Assembly: GCA_963731735.1 (NCBI GenBank)
Contig: CAVSWO010000002.1
Location: 64,529-128,528 of the forward strand
DNA length: 64,000 nucleotides
Direction of reading: 5' to 3'
Origin: Candidatus Kerfeldbacteria bacterium
Lineage (GTDB): Bacteria > Patescibacteriota > Patescibacteriia > SBBC01 > CAIJZX01
Both the position numbers and the translations under genes were made by a program. Positions 38,575-48,165 of the stretch are shown one piece after another; position 1 is the stretch's first letter; each line of letters opens with the position of its first letter. The notes below the pieces were generated by a model that did not search any database, was not told the DNA's origin, and saw only the letters and a program-made list of their open reading frames with translations.

Positions 38575-39400
38575 TTACGCTTTAACGAAATCGATCAGTT
38601 GTTCAAGGGTAAATTTAGTTGGTTGTTGTGGACTGCCCACATCCGTATTTGAAACCAGGATTTTATGGCTTTGATGCAGATACCAAGAACCCGGTTCGCG
38701 TTGATTCAGAATATCGTAAATAGGCTGCAGGTCAACCTGACTGGTAGCCGGGGCGCGGAAATCGCCAAAGGGTTTGGTTGGATCGGTTTGGACCCGCAGA
38801 ACGAAACCGTGGTGGTAGGCAAACACATCGCTCCCGCGGAAGGTTGAATGGACAGCTACCGCTTTCCCCCACTCAGACTCAAATTCAATCCGTTTGTCCC
38901 AGTCCAATAAGAATTTCGCGTATTCTTTCAAGTTCGCGTAGACCGCGTCGATAATTTCCAAGCCACGATCCATCATCACGCGACTGGGATCCTTTGGGTT
39001 CCGCAGCGCGAAGCCTCGCAAGATGGCCGGAATTGAAAAACTGATATACAACGGATCGGTAATTTCCCATTGGCCAGTGTCTTCTTTGTGCGTATAATCA
39101 ACTACCAGTTCAATCGCTTTCTGCTTGGCGGCGTCATTCGGAATTAAGCCGCGGTGTAGGAGATCATGATAGACCAATTGGCAGGCCGAATGCCCGGCTT
39201 GGCGGCCGTGTTCATCATACTTGACCGCGGCCCACCCCGACCGGCACATATTGCTCGCCCGGTGGAACGTCACCGCCAGTCGGCGTGTTGGCAATAAAAT
39301 GAAAATCACAATCGCGCATGGCCGGATCATATTTCCGAAGCAGCCAAGCCGCGGTGACTTCATCGAGATGCGGTTTACGATGGGTCACGAAGGTTTTCAT
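38575..39400 (-). pseudogene. MYG1/UPF0160-family metal-dependent hydrolase gene split by a frameshift
   Basis: The 61-aa ORF 39215..39400 has the family N-terminus FVTHRKPHLDEVTAAWLLRKYDP (TH-x-G-x-FH-x-DE-x-A-x-LL pattern). The remainder continues in another frame in ORF 38575..39363 (KYDEHGRQ...). The shift lies near a GGGGTGGG run. Confidence 0.5.
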
Positions 39401-39696
39401 GACGAATGCTCCTCACGCCAATGGGTGGTCACCCCTAACATATCCGAATGATAGTCAATCAGTTGGTGTTCGGTCGCAATCAATGTTTGATGGACCGGTG
39501 CCAATAGTTTGGCCGGGTATTCCTGCAAGACGCTCGCCTCAGTCAAATCGGCGGCGATGTTTGGAGTTTGTCGCTCCAAAATATTCAGACTAATTCGTAA
39601 TCCGGCCTCAACCGCTTTTTCGGCTTTTTCAATGATGGCTTGCATTTCAGGCGGATACGCTTCCATCACATCACCTACCGCTTCATCCGCCATCAC
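39397..39696 (-). CDS. Hypothetical acidic protein (99 aa)
   Basis: ORF only. Highly acidic, helical. Overlaps the upstream acidic ORF by 14 nt. Confidence 0.3.
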   Translation of the reverse strand: MMADEAVGDVMEAYPPEMQAIIEKAEKAVEAGLRISLNILERQTPNIAADLTEASVLQEYPAKLLAPVHQTLIATEHQLIDYHSDMLGVTTHWREEHSS

Positions 39697-40108
39697 CTGA
39701 ATATCGGCCTTTCAGATCTTCATTGACGGCCACCAATCGGCTAATCTCCTGCGAATAGAAATCATGATCCCGAAGTTCGAGGGTTTCATTCACATCCCGC
39801 ATGTGGGTAATGGCGGGTTCGATATTTTCGAAATCAACCGCCACTCGATCGGCATCCTGAAGTGCCGCTTCATCGGCGATTCGGCGTCGCACATCAGCTA
39901 GTTTTTCCTGATCCGGTTGTTCGCGTTTGAGTTCAGTTGAAAGTTCGTCAAGCAGGTGATCCATGGTACTGGACTCCGCCGCCGCTTCCATAATTTCTTC
40001 CGCCTGGCGTACATGCGGATCAAATTCTGTGGCAAGGTGAAATTCGCGTTCCTCGTTTGAACTCGAGAACTGCTCCGCCTGGGGAATATCTGATTCCCGT
40101 TCGCCCAT
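39683..40108 (-). CDS. Hypothetical acidic protein (141 aa)
   Basis: ORF starts 2 nt after the rpsG stop. Glu/Asp-rich. No family recognised. Confidence 0.35.
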   Translation of the reverse strand: MGERESDIPQAEQFSSSNEEREFHLATEFDPHVRQAEEIMEAAAESSTMDHLLDELSTELKREQPDQEKLADVRRRIADEAALQDADRVAVDFENIEPAITHMRDVNETLELRDHDFYSQEISRLVAVNEDLKGRYSGDGG

Positions 40109-40109
40109 C

Positions 40110-40574
40110 TTACGCGAAGTGCGCGAATGCGCGATTAGCCTCGGCCATGCGGTGGACGTCTTGTTTCTTCTTGATGGCGTCGCCTTCGTTCTTGGCGGCC
40201 TGCATCAACTCTTCGGCCAGCTTGTCGGCCATCGCCCGGCCTTTTTTAGCTCGAGCGGCCGTAATGATCCAGCGAAATGCCAAGGCTTGGCGCCGTTTCG
40301 GTCCAACTTCAATCGGCACCTGGTAGTTAGCTCCGCCAACCCGACGTGATTTAACTTCAACCACCGGACCAACGTTTTTCAGCGCCAGCTCAAACACCTG
40401 CAGCGGCGGTTGCTTCATGGTGTCTTCGATTTTTTGAAAACTCGAATAGACAATTTTTCGGGCAACGGTTTTCTTACCGCGTTCCATAATTATATTCATA
40501 AACCGCGCGAGCACTTCCGACTGGTATTTCGGATCAGGCGCGACGGGTCGAATTGGGGCAGGTTTACCACGCAT
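40110..40574 (-). CDS. rpsG: 30S ribosomal protein S7
   Basis: 154 aa. PDPKYQSEVLARFMN...VEVKSRRVGGANYQVP. Confidence 0.95.
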   Translation of the reverse strand: MRGKPAPIRPVAPDPKYQSEVLARFMNIIMERGKKTVARKIVYSSFQKIEDTMKQPPLQVFELALKNVGPVVEVKSRRVGGANYQVPIEVGPKRRQALAFRWIITAARAKKGRAMADKLAEELMQAAKNEGDAIKKKQDVHRMAEANRAFAHFA

Positions 40575-40585
40575 ACAGGTTCAGG

Positions 40586-41011
40586 TTATTTCTTTGCAGA
40601 TGGGCGCTTGGCGCCATAAACGGATCGGCTCTGCCGGCGGTCCTGCACCCCTTGGGTGTCATAGACTCCGCGAACAATATGATAACGAACACCCGGTAAG
40701 TCTTTGACTCGACCACCGCGGATGAGCACAATTGAGTGCTCTTGCAGATTGTGTCCGACGCCGGGGATATAGGCGGTTACTTCCTGACCGTTGGATAGGC
40801 GGACACGCGCGATCTTACGGAGCGCCGAGTTCGGCTTTTTTGGCGTCGTGGTCGTCACTTTGACGCACACGCCGCGCTTGAACGGGCTGCTCTTCGGTAA
40901 ATAGGTACGCTTGCGTTGGACGGCGTTTAAAATCGTTTCCAGCGCTGGCGTTTTGGACTTCTTTGGAGTTGTGTGGCGGCCCTTGCGGACCAATTGGCTA
41001 ATAGTAGGCAT
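40586..41011 (-). CDS. rpsL: 30S ribosomal protein S12
   Basis: [12 protein letters not shown]...[10 protein letters not shown]. 141 aa with a short C-terminal extension. Confidence 0.95.
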   Translation of the reverse strand: MPTISQLVRKGRHTTPKKSKTPALETILNAVQRKRTYLPKSSPFKRGVCVKVTTTTPKKPNSALRKIARVRLSNGQEVTAYIPGVGHNLQEHSIVLIRGGRVKDLPGVRYHIVRGVYDTQGVQDRRQSRSVYGAKRPSAKK

Positions 41012-41091
41012 TGAGAGAAATAATCATGACCTCCCTGTCATCAAAAAATCGCTTCGCATAGGGAGCGACGAAAAACGAGAGAACCGTCGCC

Positions 41092-41120
41092 AGCATACCA
41101 TTCACCCATTCCCCTGTCAA
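41092..41120 (-). promoter_or_regulatory. Sigma70-like promoter for rpsL-rpsG (TTGACA-17-TATGCT)
   Basis: Reverse complement reads GTTGACAggggaatgggtgaatggTATGCT, about 80 nt upstream of the rpsL ATG. Confidence 0.55.
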
Positions 41121-41123
41121 CTG

Positions 41124-41789
41124 CTAGCCCCCCGTCATCACTCGGACGATGTCATTCAGGACGCCGTGGAGTCCAAATACCGAAAAAATCACATTGATTC
41201 CGCCGTACAGGTAGGCGCTTAACAGATTCCCGGCCAGCAATAAGATACCCAGCAAGATATAGAAACCATAGCGTTCCAGGGTCACCACCAGCGCGTTGTT
41301 CGGACCGAGCAGGGCTCGGAGGAGATGGGAGCCATCCAACGGGTGAACCGGAATTAGGTTAAAAACGGCCAGAGCGGCGTTCAAAAAGGTCAGGGCGGCC
41401 AAAAAGAGGCTCAGCAGGTTCCCGGCCCCCAAGCTGGGATACAGCAGGGCAAATCCAAAGCCGGCCAGTAATACCATCAGCAAATTCGAAATCGGTCCGG
41501 CAATCGCCACCAGGGCCGGTCCCCACCGGTGAAAACGTAAATTATACGGATTAAACGGAGCCGGTCGCCCCCAGCCAATCCCAATCAACGCAATCGCCAC
41601 CGTCCCAATCGGATCCAAATGGCGGATCGGATTGAGCGTCAAACGGCCGAGCGCCTTGCCGGTATTATCCCCCTGCAGGTAGGCGGCGAAAACGTGGGCG
41701 AATTCGTGAACCCCAATCGAGACTACCAGCGCCAAAAACGTTACCAGGTAGGCAACGGGTTGAGAGAAAATTCTTTCAATGCCAAACAT
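41124..41789 (-). CDS. M50-family (site-2 protease-like) zinc metalloprotease
   Basis: HEFAHVFAA (HExxH) in TM1. 221 aa polytopic. A later conserved Asp sits in LDGSH. Confidence 0.75.
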   Translation of the reverse strand: MFGIERIFSQPVAYLVTFLALVVSIGVHEFAHVFAAYLQGDNTGKALGRLTLNPIRHLDPIGTVAIALIGIGWGRPAPFNPYNLRFHRWGPALVAIAGPISNLLMVLLAGFGFALLYPSLGAGNLLSLFLAALTFLNAALAVFNLIPVHPLDGSHLLRALLGPNNALVVTLERYGFYILLGILLLAGNLLSAYLYGGINVIFSVFGLHGVLNDIVRVMTGG

Positions 41790-41859
41790 ACAGACTTGCA
41801 GTTTTCATGACCGTGTGGTAGTATAGCCCAGTTCTCGAATTTTTCCTATTTTTTGGTCT

Positions 41860-42048
41860 ATGGCACGAGCCTGCGAAATCTGCGGCCGCGGCGCAATGAA
41901 TAGCGTCTCCCGCAGTCACTCAAACATCGCTTCCAAGCGAAAACAGCATCTGAATTTGCATACCCTGTTGAAAGACGGCCGGCGGTATAAAGCCTGCGCG
42001 AATTGTATTCGCTCGGCTTCGAAGCGCATGGCCAAGGCGGCCGCCTAA
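41860..42048 (+). CDS. rpmB: 50S ribosomal protein L28
   Basis: 62 aa. MARACEICGRG...SRSHSNIASKRKQHLNLH matches the L28 pattern. Confidence 0.75.
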   Translation: MARACEICGRGAMNSVSRSHSNIASKRKQHLNLHTLLKDGRRYKACANCIRSASKRMAKAAA

Positions 42049-43232
42049 ACCTCGAAAACTTTTTGGAGTCGTTCCAAGCCCTGATCGGCCCGGTCTTTGG
42101 TTAGGGTGAGTGCGGGTGAAAGTAAAATAATGTGGTGGTCCCGGTGCAGGAGGACGCCGGCTTGCCTGGCCGCTTGCACCAGCGATTCCGCTTTCTTCGG
42201 ATCCGGTTCCTTGCCGGTTTTATCTTTCACGATCGCGATGCCGAGCAGGAGTCCGGCATTGCGTACTTGACCAACAAACGGACGGTTTTCGAATTCTTTC
42301 AATTTACTGAGCATGTACTGACCCATGGCGTGACTGTTCTCCCACAACCGATTTCGAAGCACCGCATCCAAAACCGCTTGGGCCGCCGCCACATCGAGCG
42401 GCGTCCAACTGTAGACGTCGTCAGTCCGAAAGGCTTGGCTCCGATCGAAAACGTCCTGACTGACCAGCGCCGCACCCATGGTTCCGTACCCGCCGGTCAT
42501 ACTCGGACCCAGGCACAACATGTCCGGATCCAAATCCCACAGGCTGCTGGCGAAGAGCGCGCCACAACGTCCAAACCCGGTAGCGGTCTCATCGATCATA
42601 AACAAGATATCGCGTTGACGACATAACCGCTGAATTTCCGGTAAAAATTCTTTGGGCGGAACAATCGCGCCAGCCGAAATCACCGGTTCCGCAATAAACG
42701 CGGCGATGTCACCGCTGGCTCGAATCAGCTGTTCAAACCGATTGATGACGTCGCCGGCGGTCACCCCGCGATACTCATTCGGAATCGGCAGCCGCATAAT
42801 ATTTGCTGCGCCCGACCAGGTGTGATCGGTTAGTGAAAACTTTTTATCACCCAACGACTGGGTTGGCGTTTCCATCGTCACGATAGTTTGGCGACCGGTC
42901 GCGTGCCGGGCCACGCGTAAAGCTATTTCTATCGATTCAAAACCGCTGGCGCTCCGATAAACTTTTTTTAGCCGCTTACCGGGAGCCAATTCAATCAGCT
43001 GGCGCGCAAAATCCTCATGCTTGGCGTAGCCAAAAAATGGCGGCACATAAACGCCCGCCTCAGAACGACGGGTCATGGCGTGCATGACTTCATGATGATT
43101 CCAACCGACGGTGCCGACGCACCACCCGGCAATGAAATCTATGTATTCGTGTTCGTGATCATCAAACACCACGCACCCGTCACCACGAACAATCGACAGG
43201 TCGGGTGATGCCTCGTCGGCTAAGTAGCGCAT
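42045..43232 (-). CDS. Class-III PLP-dependent aminotransferase
   Basis: 395 aa. FMIDETATGFGRCG (DE-x-x-TG-x-GR-x-G motif). Lys-containing block consistent with the fold. Confidence 0.7.
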   Translation of the reverse strand: MRYLADEASPDLSIVRGDGCVVFDDHEHEYIDFIAGWCVGTVGWNHHEVMHAMTRRSEAGVYVPPFFGYAKHEDFARQLIELAPGKRLKKVYRSASGFESIEIALRVARHATGRQTIVTMETPTQSLGDKKFSLTDHTWSGAANIMRLPIPNEYRGVTAGDVINRFEQLIRASGDIAAFIAEPVISAGAIVPPKEFLPEIQRLCRQRDILFMIDETATGFGRCGALFASSLWDLDPDMLCLGPSMTGGYGTMGAALVSQDVFDRSQAFRTDDVYSWTPLDVAAAQAVLDAVLRNRLWENSHAMGQYMLSKLKEFENRPFVGQVRNAGLLLGIAIVKDKTGKEPDPKKAESLVQAARQAGVLLHRDHHIILLSPALTLTKDRADQGLERLQKVFEV

Positions 43233-43241
43233 AGTCGTGCG

Positions 43242-43469
43242 TTAGGCTTGGGGCGAACCGTCATCAGCCGGCGGTGAAACCGGTTCCCACATTTCCATGC
43301 CTTCAACGTAGTCCTCATGTTGCCCTTGCGGCGTTCCACTCAGACACGACAAGCATTCACCAAATTTTTCTCCGGCTTGGTAGTGCCGTTTAAATCCACA
43401 CGGTACACAAACATACTCGCCGTCGGCCGGGACCGTGTCGCCTTTACTCAATGGGGTCAATTGTTCCAT
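43242..43469 (-). CDS. Small zinc-ribbon protein (CxxC...CxxC)
   Basis: 75 aa. CVPCG...CLSC motifs. Confidence 0.4.
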   Translation of the reverse strand: MEQLTPLSKGDTVPADGEYVCVPCGFKRHYQAGEKFGECLSCLSGTPQGQHEDYVEGMEMWEPVSPPADDGSPQA

Positions 43470-43558
43470 AGGGGTCAGTCAGATACGAATCGCAGCCAAA
43501 AAACTTGCGGCCGCGTCTTTTTGGAGTATACGCTAAAAAACGCCACTCGGCAACCGCG

Positions 43559-44518
43559 TTATTGACAGGTCGCCGTCCCGTGATCAACCACGGTTTGGTC
43601 GGTGGCTAAAAATTCCCAAGAGTAGCTGGCGGTATGCAAGGTCAAGGCCAAGACACCGTAATGCTTGTTATCGCGAAATTCGCTGCCGGTTCCAACATCC
43701 CGAAAAGCGTAGAGACTGCGACCGCCGGTCCCAACCACGAATTGACGCGTCCCGCCGTTCGGTTGCAGCTGGCCGTCGGCATTGATGGGCGCGAAGCGCT
43801 CATAGTCATGATCGTGGCCGCTCAACACGACGTCAACGCCGGCCCGGGCCAAGATTGACCAGATGGGTTGCATAACGTCGTTGTTGCCGTGGAGGGCCGA
43901 GCTCCAACGCGGGTGATGAAAATACGCGATCGCGCATCGGCTGGGATGGGTCGCCAATTCATGGATCAGCCAGTCGACTTGCGGATCGCCGGGCTGGCAT
44001 CCCCCCGCTTCGCCACAATTACTATTCAAGGCATAGATTTGCCAGCCGCCAATTTGGAATCGATAATACCCGCGACGGTCCGGGCCAGCCCGATCGCCAA
44101 AGTACGCGTAGTACCCGCTAGCCTGACTGGTGGCGTAATCGTGGTTTCCCGGTGCCGGATATGTCCGATCCCAGACGCGTCCCCAGGTCGGATCGTAGCA
44201 GGTGTGGAATTCATCAATCGTACCGCGCGGATAAACCGAATCTCCGAGCGTCAGCACGGAACCCGACCGGCTGAGCAGCAAATCAGAAGTTTGGGTGTCA
44301 TAGGTATTGTCGCAACTTGAAATATCACCGGCCGCGAAGACGACCGGGTCATCATTGGTAACCGGTGTTGGCAGTGAAATGGTGATCGGCGTCGGTTGCA
44401 AGATATATCCCTGCCAACTCACCCAACCCAGCCAAATCACCGCGCCCAAGCTGCCGACCATCAGGCTGATAATACCGATTTTGGTCATGATTTCCGGCTG
44501 CGACGATCGTGTTCCCAT
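43559..44518 (-). CDS. Membrane-anchored calcineurin-like metallophosphoesterase
   Basis: N-terminal TM helix. GDISS/GDSVYPRG, GNHDY and GHDHDYERF metal-ligand motifs. Confidence 0.7.
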   Translation of the reverse strand: MGTRSSQPEIMTKIGIISLMVGSLGAVIWLGWVSWQGYILQPTPITISLPTPVTNDDPVVFAAGDISSCDNTYDTQTSDLLLSRSGSVLTLGDSVYPRGTIDEFHTCYDPTWGRVWDRTYPAPGNHDYATSQASGYYAYFGDRAGPDRRGYYRFQIGGWQIYALNSNCGEAGGCQPGDPQVDWLIHELATHPSRCAIAYFHHPRWSSALHGNNDVMQPIWSILARAGVDVVLSGHDHDYERFAPINADGQLQPNGGTRQFVVGTGGRSLYAFRDVGTGSEFRDNKHYGVLALTLHTASYSWEFLATDQTVVDHGTATCQ

Positions 44519-44874
44519 TTGCGTACCTCCGTTTCATTCATCCCGAAATAATGCGCGATTTCATGGTGGACGGTGCTGGCTACAATTTCCGTCACTCGGT
44601 CCGGGTCGCCCCCGGCCAGGCGCTCTATCGGCTCCTGAAATATTGTAATCTTGTCCGGTAGCACGCCCGAATACCAGGGCCCGCGTCGACCATAGGGAAC
44701 GCCTTGATACAAACCGAGGAGGACACCCCGACGCAGAATGCCATGCTCATTGGTGGTGGCTGGACGAATGCCGGGCTCAACCACGAAGGCCACGTTTTGC
44801 ATTTTGGCACGAAAACGTTCCGGCACCGCCAGAATGGCTTGCTGAATCTGTCGCTCAAACTCATCAATTTCCAT
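44485..44874 (-). CDS. Zincin-like metallopeptidase (DUF1025/Zincin_1-type, HEIAHYFG motif)
   Basis: About 130 aa from the internal Met (MEIDEFERQI...). A conserved HExxH sits near the C-terminus. The track ORF's upstream 85 codons are GC-rich low-complexity read-through. Confidence 0.55.
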   Translation of the reverse strand: MEIDEFERQIQQAILAVPERFRAKMQNVAFVVEPGIRPATTNEHGILRRGVLLGLYQGVPYGRRGPWYSGVLPDKITIFQEPIERLAGGDPDRVTEIVASTVHHEIAHYFGMNETEVRKWEHDRRSRKS

Positions 44875-45214
44875 GTCGGCAGTATAGCACGGGGTTTTCC
44901 ACTCCACCCACGCGCCGCTGAGTATGATAGACTCCATACATCGTCCCTTCATCCCCAACCCCGACACCGGAGGTTGCATGTCTGCTGCTCGAATTCGCCG
45001 TCGCCTGACCATCTCGCGCAAGCGCCGTCCGCAACCGCCGCCCAACAAGCTGCCCAATCGGCCGCCGCCGGGACCGCTGCTGCCGGATGGTGCAGCCGAG
45101 CCGGCCGATCTGGCTGAAGCCCGAAGCATTCTGTTTCAGAGGATGCACGAACATGAAGACACGAGCTAGTCTCGCCGACGAGCTCCGGGTCACGCTGTAC
45201 GCGTGGCCCTTTTT

Positions 45215-46462
45215 CTATAGGCTTCGACGAAAATGCCGGCCCCCACCCGAACGCTTCGATCGGCCAGGGTGGGATCGACGGGTATGCGAAAAGTTCGGGC
45301 GCGATGCGCGCGGCGGTTTGGGCCGGCCGGGAGGTAATTCCGGCAGATGGGAGATTGGCAGGCTGGTGCGTATCAGCCGCTCAATATTTTTGATATCACC
45401 CCATTGATCAGGCGTCGCAAATGAAATCGCCTGGCCCGAGCGTCCGGCCCGACCGGTTCGTCCGATACGGTGAACATAGTCTTCTGCGTGGGTCGGTAAA
45501 TCGTAATTGATGACCAGTTCAATGTTGGTTACATCGATGCCGCGAGCGGCGATGTCAGTTGCCACCATCACCCGATATTGACCGGATTTAAATCCTTCCA
45601 ACGCGTTGCGCCGTTGGCCAAGGGTCCGATCCGAGTGCAACGAAGTCACCCGGTGGCCCATCTGCTCGATTGCGCGCGCCAATTTTCGGACCCCATGTTT
45701 GGTTCGACAAAAAATCAAGACGGACCCGCGATGATCATTCAGGAGTTTATCGAGTAAGCGATTTTTTTCGTCTCGCTGAGTGAAAAATACTTCGTGGGCC
45801 ACGGTGGCGGCGGCCGTGCCGGGCCGGGCAATTTCGACCCGCACCGGCAGCTGCATGTGGGCCTTAGCGATCCCGACAATCTCGTTCGGCATGGTTGCCG
45901 AAAATAACATGGTTTGGCGTTTGGCCGGCAGCTGTTTCATGATTTTCATGATCTGCGGCGCAAACCCCATGTCGAGCATCCGGTCGGCTTCATCCAGCAC
46001 CAAAATGCTAACCGCATCCAATTTCACGGTATGTTGCATCAAATGGTCATTCAGCCGTCCCGGCGTGGCGATAATCACGTGCGGTTTTCCGCGGAGTTGT
46101 TGGATTTGCCGTCCCATCGGCGCACCGCCAATAACCAGGGCGGTTCGCAATCCATGGTGCCCGCCGAATTTCGCCAGCATCTCATCAACTTGGATGGCGA
46201 GTTCGCGAGTCGGTAAAAGGACCAAGCCCTGACCCTTGACTTGGGCTAAACGCTGTAACATCGGTATGCCAAAAGCCAGTGTTTTACCGGTACCGGTTTG
46301 GGCCACGCCAATCACGTCTTTTCCTTCAATCGCGACCGGAATCGCTTGGGCTTGAATCGGCGTCGGAACAGTGAACTTCAAGCGAGCCAAGGTTTCCATT
46401 AAACGCGGCGCAATCCCCAATCCTTGAAAGGTGGGGGTATTCGTTGGAGGGGGGTTGGTCAA
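45215..46462 (-). CDS. DEAD-box ATP-dependent RNA helicase with RG-rich C-terminal tail
   Basis: Q-motif (TFQGLGI...TVPTPIQ), Walker A AQTGTGKT, DEAD, SAT, and helicase C motifs. The start is uncertain: TTG at 46462 or ATG at 46399. The track ORF's N-terminal 170 codons overlap the XRE gene and its terminator, so they are not part of the gene. Confidence 0.8.
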   Translation of the reverse strand: MTNPPPTNTPTFQGLGIAPRLMETLARLKFTVPTPIQAQAIPVAIEGKDVIGVAQTGTGKTLAFGIPMLQRLAQVKGQGLVLLPTRELAIQVDEMLAKFGGHHGLRTALVIGGAPMGRQIQQLRGKPHVIIATPGRLNDHLMQHTVKLDAVSILVLDEADRMLDMGFAPQIMKIMKQLPAKRQTMLFSATMPNEIVGIAKAHMQLPVRVEIARPGTAAATVAHEVFFTQRDEKNRLLDKLLNDHRGSVLIFCRTKHGVRKLARAIEQMGHRVTSLHSDRTLGQRRNALEGFKSGQYRVMVATDIAARGIDVTNIELVINYDLPTHAEDYVHRIGRTGRAGRSGQAISFATPDQWGDIKNIERLIRTSLPISHLPELPPGRPKPPRASRPNFSHTRRSHPGRSKRSGGGRHFRRSL

Positions 46463-46525
46463 AGTCGGTAGGCGGTCAATTGTCTGGCTGCCAGCAGTGT
46501 GGCATGAATGCCTGTTTTTGTCGAG

Positions 46526-46556
46526 AAAAAGCCCCGTCACGAATACCGTGCGGGGC
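46526..46556 (-). terminator. Intrinsic terminator after the XRE regulator gene
   Basis: Reverse complement reads GCCCCG-cacggtattcgtga-CGGGGC followed by TTTTTCT. Confidence 0.55.
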
Positions 46557-46575
46557 TGCGATTGGTATTGAGGCG

Positions 46576-46920
46576 TTACGCGGATCGGGAGCGGCGGAAA
46601 TATCGAATCGGCTGGTGATACAGCTTGGCGAAATACCGGAGATCTTCGAGATAGATCTCGCGTGTCCCAAGTTCCCGTTCGCGAATGAACGAGGCGCTCT
46701 GTCCCATCAGCGCGGCGGCTTCTTCGATCTTGAGTCCGCAGGCCTGGCGGGCTTGGCGCAGCTTGAGCCGCGAGTAGGTTGGTTCGACCGGGCGCTGCTT
46801 GGTCCAACCGTTTCCCTTTCGACGGCGTTGCTTCAATCGTCGCAAGAGTTGGCTGTCGGATGACATCTGTTCCCTCCGATGGAGAAGGTACGAGTGGAAC
46901 CAGTAGTGCCATCCTGCCAA
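46576..46920 (-). CDS. XRE-family (Cro/C1-type) helix-turn-helix transcriptional regulator
   Basis: LRQARQACGLKIEEAAALMGQSASFIRERE is a classic HTH_3 motif. 114 aa. Confidence 0.75.
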   Translation of the reverse strand: MAGWHYWFHSYLLHRREQMSSDSQLLRRLKQRRRKGNGWTKQRPVEPTYSRLKLRQARQACGLKIEEAAALMGQSASFIRERELGTREIYLEDLRYFAKLYHQPIRYFRRSRSA

Positions 46921-47061
46921 AGGCCCGAGGATTTGTCAAAAATCGCCCTGGCGTCGCAACGTCAGAGGGCAACCATCAAGCGGCCAGGGAGATGAACCGC
47001 TGGATTATTTATTGATCATCAAACGGTATTCGCTGAGGGCCAGGATCACCTTCCACGCCAA

Positions 47062-48165
47062 TCAATTAGCGCGCAGATCGCTAACGGCGGCTGGAGGAGT
47101 TACGTCCCCGGGTAATTCGGCATTATCCATCGCCTCGGTTGCCGTCGCTCCACGACCGTATCCCCACAGATAGGCGATCCACGGGTAATCAGCCGCTTCC
47201 CCATCTAAGCGATACAAGCCAATTTTTGGATAGCCATCCAGATCATAGAGGGTATTCAGGCTACCCGCTAGCGCCGCATCATCGTTCGGTAAATCATACA
47301 TTGGTGCGCTACTGGTGTCCGGTGCGGTATCAAGCGAGTACCAAATTTTGACGTTACCGGCACCGGCCCGATCGAATTTCACGTACATCACGAAGTACTG
47401 CCAGTGCCCCCGGGTAGTCGAGCCAAGGGTATAATAATGTCTGTCACTGGCCGGTTGCTGCTGAACCTTCAATACGATATTACAGTTTCCGTTGACGTTT
47501 CCAACCGGACAATCGGCAATTTGGATTGCTTGCGGTGGATTCGGATTGGGCGTGGCTGATCGACCGTAATTCTGCATGAGCAGGGCCCAGGGTGCTGAAG
47601 CCTGTGGTGGAGTCGGCGAAGAAGGAATCTTGAAAAAATCACCGGTGGTACCGTCACCGAAAAAATAACCCCAGGCAAACCAGGCTTCATTGCCTTGGAC
47701 TTGATCGACTGGCGTGAAGCGAAGAAACTCCGTGCGCTGGCCGCCGAACTGGTTACATTCCGGCACTGATCCGTCCCCGTCATTATCATCAATCTCCAAT
47801 CTGGCCACCGTTCGTCCGGAGCCCTTTGGATCGGCCACCCAGGACATCCGGTTGTTGGTTGCGTCACACCCGTAACCCTCGTAATCAAATTGGGTAAAAT
47901 CGAGAATGCCGTCGGCCGCCGAACAATTCGCCGCCCCGCCGCAATCGGTATTCGGCAACGGGGTCCCGGGGGTGCCCGGATTGCGCGGAAACTTCATCGA
48001 CATCGCGGAGGGGGTGCTACTGGTGTTGACATTACTGGCCGCTTGCGCAGATGTGTTGTGTCCAGACAGGGTATCAATGGCAATATAGGCTAGGCCGATA
48101 CCAAAAATCACTACCAAAGTTGATACGGCTATTCGTTTGATTGGATTCTGCCTCGCCTTGTTCAT
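47062..48165 (-). CDS. Secreted hypothetical protein, possibly ConA-like lectin/glucanase or polysaccharide lyase-like
   Basis: N-terminal TM/signal. Gly/Trp/Tyr-rich beta-rich composition. The C-terminus ends with PPAAVSDLRAN, shared with the protein at 11305..12966. Confidence 0.35.
   Translation of the reverse strand: MNKARQNPIKRIAVSTLVVIFGIGLAYIAIDTLSGHNTSAQAASNVNTSSTPSAMSMKFPRNPGTPGTPLPNTDCGGAANCSAADGILDFTQFDYEGYGCDATNNRMSWVADPKGSGRTVARLEIDDNDGDGSVPECNQFGGQRTEFLRFTPVDQVQGNEAWFAWGYFFGDGTTGDFFKIPSSPTPPQASAPWALLMQNYGRSATPNPNPPQAIQIADCPVGNVNGNCNIVLKVQQQPASDRHYYTLGSTTRGHWQYFVMYVKFDRAGAGNVKIWYSLDTAPDTSSAPMYDLPNDDAALAGSLNTLYDLDGYPKIGLYRLDGEAADYPWIAYLWGYGRGATATEAMDNAELPGDVTPPAAVSDLRAN

Noticed and set aside
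44875-45129. N-terminal 85 codons of ORF 44485..45129 and the overlapping Pro/Arg-rich ORFs 44864..45193 and 44924..45169
   Set aside because: Gly/Arg/Pro low-complexity translation of GC-rich DNA. The conserved zincin domain begins at the internal Met (44874).
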